DNA from: a virus
Direction: 5' to 3' (one strand)
DNA length: 64,000 nt
Virus record (IMG/VR): IMGVR_UViG_3300025655_000017
Of the stretch, positions 59,828-64,000 are shown in pieces. Every line of letters begins with the position of its first letter. Position 1 is the first letter of the stretch. Both the position numbers and the translations under genes were made by a program. The notes beneath the pieces are model-generated. The model was not told the DNA's origin. It did no database searches and was given only the letters and a program-made list of their open reading frames with translations.

Positions 59828-60100
59828 AATCAATTGTGCTGTTACGCCAAAGACTCTAAGGGTCGTAATGATCTGCTAAATTATCATTTAAAGAACTTAT
59901 GATAATTAGCCTAAAGCTTTGCCTTTAGTTGAATACATCATTACACTGTACTTGTCTTTCCCCCGTTAGTAGCTTTTGATGGATTTCTTTTTGGCTCCAT
60001 TTAAGACTTTTCATTAGGTATTGCCTATGCCTGTATTAGCACCTAACACTAACTCGTCACTCATTATCAGATGGCTGCTCTTAAGCCTACTGCTTTGATT
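59828..60100 (-). ncRNA. ncRNA mimicking 23S rRNA H43/H44 (uL11-binding GTPase-associated centre) with ~200 nt insertion
   Basis: GTAGGC-TTAAGAGCA-GCCATC and GC-GTAACA-GC, closed by AATCAA/TTGATT. Confidence 0.7.
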
Positions 60101-60266
60101 TTTTATCTTAATGTAATTAAACTTTTTTAATTACTATTTTTAAAAATTAAACAATGACAGTTTTGAACTGCTAAATAGCTTTTTTAATTAGCCATAGTTT
60201 TCATAATAACATGAAAAATTTATCTAGGGTAAAAAATACATGTATTATAACTTCCCATTGTTTAAA

Positions 60267-60319
60267 AAGACGAACGGTATTTTTCGTTTGGTTTTTTTTA
60301 TAGGAACCGTTTTTGTCTT
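60267..60319 (-). ncRNA. repeated RNA motif copy C
   Basis: AAGAC-AAA-AACGGT-TCCT..AT-ACCGTT-C-GTCTT just after TATCTTTG promoter. Confidence 0.7.
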
Positions 60320-60463
60320 ATTTTCTTAGTAACAAAGATAAAAATAAATATCTTATAAAACAAATTTTTTATCAATTATAAAAAAAAAAATTCTCCACTA
60401 ATATATTACCTCTTGAGCAAGATAACAACGGACTGTTATCACCACCTTTAAAGAAGCTTAAGA

Positions 60464-60769
60464 TTAAAGTACTAATGAAATCCCCAACATATCTTTTTTA
60501 GTATCAGATTTTATATACCATTGCTCAGAAGTAATTATTCCTGCAATACCTAAACCGCTCAATTCTTTTGTTCTATCGACAATAGTCTCACTGTTTATTT
60601 TTATCTGTGGATATGTACCAGTGTAAATTGTGGAAGGCATTAAAAATGCTTGCCCTTCAATTATCGTTGGTAAATCTTCCCCTAACATATCATCAGGAAT
60701 AACAGCAACTAATATTGTTTTACCTTCTGCTGTTTTTTGTGCAATAAACTTAAAATATATCGTTTTCAT
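60464..60769 (-). CDS. hypothetical protein
   Basis: 101 aa ORF. Confidence 0.65.
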   Translation of the reverse strand: MKTIYFKFIAQKTAEGKTILVAVIPDDMLGEDLPTIIEGQAFLMPSTIYTGTYPQIKINSETIVDRTKELSGLGIAGIITSEQWYIKSDTKKDMLGISLVL

Positions 60770-60777
60770 ATTTTTTT

Positions 60778-60898
60778 AGTTAAAAAAGTGATTTGTTAAT
60801 TAAACAAAGGTAATAAAAAAACTTGAAAAAAGAAATTTATTTTACAACGCTTTTTACGTTAACTCTTTGGTTATTTCTTTTGACATATCAAAGATACT
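60778..60898 (-). repeat. ~120 bp double-promoter/leader direct repeat, copy 1
   Basis: Near-identical to 62104-62224. Confidence 0.85.
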
Positions 60899-60906
60899 TT
60901 AAATAT

Positions 60907-61560
60907 TTAAGATAAACAAATAATTGTCACATCTTTTTTTTCTTTTAACAGTGACCACCGATGCCGACCATCAACCAATTTGTATACGTTTCCTTGGTTA
61001 TAGTAAATGCCAATAGGAATGTTTTCAATTTGACAATAATCCAATATTGGTTGTATCTTCATATTTTCTGTAGGATATAAAATTTCACTCGACACATTTT
61101 CAATCGTTACTTTAGTAAAGTTACAAATGTTTTTTTGTAAAAACCCATATTCTAAATGAAGAATATATAAAATTTTATCAAAATCACTAGTAAAAGATTT
61201 TAAATGGTTGAGGTATTCATTAATTAAATGCTGACCTGTAAAATAAATACCTTCTACTTCTTCTCCATAATAACCATGACAAGTTTCAATATTATAATTA
61301 TCTTTATTATAAATCCCTTTCAATCGTAAAATACGATCTAAACAATAAAGATCAACTATATTATCAAAATAGCACTTTTTAACATAAGTGTTAAATATGG
61401 TCGTATAATTTATTGTATCTACGTATAATCCATACAATCTTGAACTTCGACACATATCATTACCTGTTTGACAACCACAATTTTCATCGTTACAACTATA
61501 ACTTTCATAATCATAGTCACAACCATTATATAAATAATCCATAGTTATAATATTTAACAT
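60907..61560 (-). CDS. hypothetical protein with C-terminal ParB/Srx-like motif
   Basis: PI.......LVDGRHR. Confidence 0.6.
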   Translation of the reverse strand: MLNIITMDYLYNGCDYDYESYSCNDENCGCQTGNDMCRSSRLYGLYVDTINYTTIFNTYVKKCYFDNIVDLYCLDRILRLKGIYNKDNYNIETCHGYYGEEVEGIYFTGQHLINEYLNHLKSFTSDFDKILYILHLEYGFLQKNICNFTKVTIENVSSEILYPTENMKIQPILDYCQIENIPIGIYYNQGNVYKLVDGRHRWSLLKEKKDVTIICLS

Positions 61561-62089
61561 TCATTACTTTCATTTCTGTGGCTAGTTCAGCCACCATTGG
61601 GATACCACAAGTTGTGAAAAAAACAATTTCCCCATTTTCGTAAGATGCTACTTTTACTGCTTGATTTGCAGTATTCACGCTTTTTTTATCTCTGTATCTT
61701 ACTGTTTTACCTAAAATATATAGGTTTTCATCTAACTTAAGAAAAAGATTAAAAATAGGGATGATTTGTTCTAAAAAAAAATTTTCATCTTCTTTATGCC
61801 TTTTTTGTGCTTCTTCTTGTAGCTTCAAATAAATAAGTTCTTTTGCCTTGAATTCATTTTTACGTTCTTTCACAGCTTCTTCAAACAAATCTTTATCATG
61901 AATGTATTTAGCATCAATTTTTAAAATAGTATCTCCATAATATCCATCCCGGTCAGTATTTTCAATGCAATATTTGCCATCTTCAATAAAAGATTCATTG
62001 ATTGAATCGACAGAAGGGCTAAAGTCACAAAAATGTTTTACTACTCTATTAATATGTGAATAAACAGGATAAAGAATTAATGTTTTCAT
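61526..62089 (-). CDS. hypothetical protein
   Basis: 187 aa ORF. Confidence 0.6.
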   Translation of the reverse strand: MKTLILYPVYSHINRVVKHFCDFSPSVDSINESFIEDGKYCIENTDRDGYYGDTILKIDAKYIHDKDLFEEAVKERKNEFKAKELIYLKLQEEAQKRHKEDENFFLEQIIPIFNLFLKLDENLYILGKTVRYRDKKSVNTANQAVKVASYENGEIVFFTTCGIPMVAELATEMKVMNVKYYNYGLFI

Positions 62090-62103
62090 GTTATTGTTGG
62101 TTT

Positions 62104-62224
62104 AATTAAAAAAGCGATTTGTTAGTGAATCAAAGGTAAGAAAAAAACTTGAAAAAAGAAATTTATTTTACAACGCTTTTAACGTTAACTCTTTGGTTAG
62201 TTCTTTTGACATATCAAAGATACT
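62104..62224 (-). repeat. ~120 bp double-promoter/leader direct repeat, copy 2
   Basis: Near-identical to 60778-60898. Confidence 0.85.
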
Positions 62225-62267
62225 AATTTTTTTTCATTTATCCTAATGTTTCTAAAAAAAATATTAG

Positions 62268-62341
62268 TTCCGTGAACAGGATTTGAACCTGTGATCTTCG
62301 GGATCGCGCCCGACGAGATAGACCAACTTCTCCACCACGGT
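62268..62341 (-). ncRNA. initiator-tRNA-like RNA with 6-nt non-CAT anticodon loop
   Basis: 1:72 mismatch, TCGGG-CGCGAT-CCCGA, ACAGG-TTCAAAT-CCTGT. Confidence 0.7.
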
Positions 62342-62432
62342 AATATAATAAAGCTTCCACCTTATCACATATAAGCCTAATTAAGTGCTGCCACAGTGCT
62401 ATAGTATGGCTCTTTATAAAAGGCAAATTTCT

Positions 62433-62648
62433 TTAATCAACATCCGAAAGAAATAAATTATAATTTCCATCCCCGACAGGTTCAGAAAAATATTTATACT
62501 CTCCCGCCACAAGATTACCCTTAATATCAAAGGTAACTTCACCAATGGTTAGAGTTTTGCCCAGCTGAGAAATGGCACAAACCCCTGTGTGGGAACAATT
62601 CATTCCATCTAAATCAACCAATGAAACATTTTTATTAATAATCTGCAT
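62433..62648 (-). CDS. hypothetical protein
   Basis: 71 aa ORF after TATCTTTG. Confidence 0.55.
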   Translation of the reverse strand: MQIINKNVSLVDLDGMNCSHTGVCAISQLGKTLTIGEVTFDIKGNLVAGEYKYFSEPVGDGNYNLFLSDVD

Positions 62649-62710
62649 AATTTTAAATTTTTACAAAGATAAGAAAATATTGTTATAAAACATAATTTTT
62701 TAATATTTTT

Positions 62711-63076
62711 TTAAGGTTGTGGATCACCTGTCAAATGAATGATTGAAGGAACCCAATCAGGATGATAAATTCTGTATCCGTCTTGTTCGTGCATCATTGG
62801 CATAGCCGTATCTTGGGGCAAACTTTTAGAACAAAAACTTTCTACATGATCAGACTTTATCCACATTTCATACCCGTTTATATGAGTATATTTTAGGGTT
62901 TGTTTGGGTTCTAAAATTTGTTCTAGTCTTACCTCAACCAAACCACAAGCTCCAACAGAAAACATTTCAACTCTTACAATAGAACAGTCGGTTGTATTTG
63001 TGACTGAAACTACTTTTTGACCATAGCATGATATAGTAGCAAGAAAAAATAAATAAGTTATTGTTAGTTTTTTCAT
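62711..63076 (-). CDS. secreted hypothetical protein
   Basis: Signal peptide MKKLTITYLFFLATISCYGQ. Confidence 0.6.
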   Translation of the reverse strand: MKKLTITYLFFLATISCYGQKVVSVTNTTDCSIVRVEMFSVGACGLVEVRLEQILEPKQTLKYTHINGYEMWIKSDHVESFCSKSLPQDTAMPMMHEQDGYRIYHPDWVPSIIHLTGDPQP

Positions 63077-63328
63077 ATATTGTTTTTTATTGAAAAATAC
63101 CACCCTGTTAATTTTGTTGAATAAACGTCATGTGGTTGTCTCACCCAATTATAGCTTTATTTAAGCATCTTTAAAAGATCAAATCTTTTTTAAATTAATC
63201 GCTATTATCCGTAAGCTAGTTTTAATTAAAATCCGAACTGACTAATTTATACTTCCTAAATCTAATAGATTATTATAGGATTGTGCTTTTCAAGATGCAG
63301 AAAAGCCAAAGATCAACGTGATTTTTCT

Positions 63329-63577
63329 TTAACAACTTTTAAAATAAAAGTTGTTGGGTAATTTATTTTTACAGGCATTCCCAATAGGAAATAAACCCTG
63401 CGAATCTTCCATATCTCCATCAGAGGAAATTAATTCTCCTGACGTTAGTAGATGAACAAAATATGTGGGATTTTTAATATTTTTTCCACAACAAATACAT
63501 GGGTTATCACTTTTACCTTCCTCATAAGAATCTTCTTGAATATCTTGTAAAGAAATTTTAAAAAGCCAATTCATCAT
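63329..63577 (-). CDS. small Cys-rich (Zn-ribbon) phage protein
   Basis: CICCGK, FPIG..C. Confidence 0.65.
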   Translation of the reverse strand: MMNWLFKISLQDIQEDSYEEGKSDNPCICCGKNIKNPTYFVHLLTSGELISSDGDMEDSQGLFPIGNACKNKLPNNFYFKSC

Positions 63578-63651
63578 GATTTTCGTATTTTAGTTATAAT
63601 TAATTAACATCACAAATATAATGCTTATATTTTAAATAAGCAAATAATATT

Positions 63652-63840
63652 CTATTTTAATTTAGATAATTCTTTTTCAAGTTTCTCAATTATATATTTC
63701 ACATCATAACTAATTTGTTCCATTCTACTCCCCTCACCCTCATAATACCTATAACTATGTTTAATATGAGGATTATACAAATTTCTGATTGCATTTAATG
63801 CGTTCTCTTTTTTTATCAATATAATTTCTTCTTTTGTCAT
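63652..63840 (-). CDS. hypothetical protein
   Basis: MTKEEII start. Confidence 0.5.
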   Translation of the reverse strand: MTKEEIILIKKENALNAIRNLYNPHIKHSYRYYEGEGSRMEQISYDVKYIIEKLEKELSKLK

Positions 63841-64000
63841 AAATTCATTATTATACTCTAATAGATTCAATCCACTTAATTAACCTACCATCCATTTGAT
63901 CGCGACATGCCTGAAGTGTTGTTTCAAACACTTTCTGATAATCCTCTTCATTAAATTTCATGTTATGATCAAGCAGATCAACTAAGGTGAAAAATGGGGC

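Noticed and set aside
59828-60100. Genuine 23S rRNA gene fragment or contamination
   Set aside because: Similarity is limited to H43/H44, is split by a non-rRNA insert, and is closed by its own stem within a phage tRNA region.
62198-62215. boxA-like GTTCTTTTGACAT
   Set aside because: It lies on the strand opposite to the local promoters and genes.

Overview
This AT-rich 64 kb window looks like part of a large (jumbo-type) phage genome infecting Bacteroidota. The support is dense short orphan ORFs, recurring Bacteroidota-type TAnnTTTG promoters, a separate TATTTAT motif that may be a late promoter, and a Flavo-1-like RNA. No core capsid or replication genes and no CRISPR array are visible. 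The window holds an RNA-repair set (intact Rnl2-like ligase, PNK, HD, cREC, RlaP, R2K ATP-grasp, a putative ROT/TROVE-TerD protein; broken RtcB and Rnl1). It also carries two IS607 elements plus a tnpB remnant, a secreted M12B protease, glycosyltransferases, a GH73 lysin, a Dda-like helicase and a split methylase-SNF2 gene. The most interesting signals are mainly non-coding. (1) A trp-style leader-peptide attenuator sits in front of a tRNA cluster, and its Tyr/Phe/Ser/Glu codons match the downstream tRNAs. (2) A covarying RNA motif is repeated upstream of the ROT-TerD-like gene and also appears circularly permuted in place of the anticodon loop of a tRNA-like RNA, next to a ~790 nt structured ncRNA. 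(3) A ~270 nt RNA mimics the 23S rRNA uL11-binding GTPase-associated centre. (4) Several tRNA mimics lack normal anticodon loops. (5) About 12 genes share a short N-terminal tag resembling capsid-targeting/prohead-protease signals, and many encode ART-, kinase- or protease-like cargo. All family calls come from motif recognition by eye; no searches were run.
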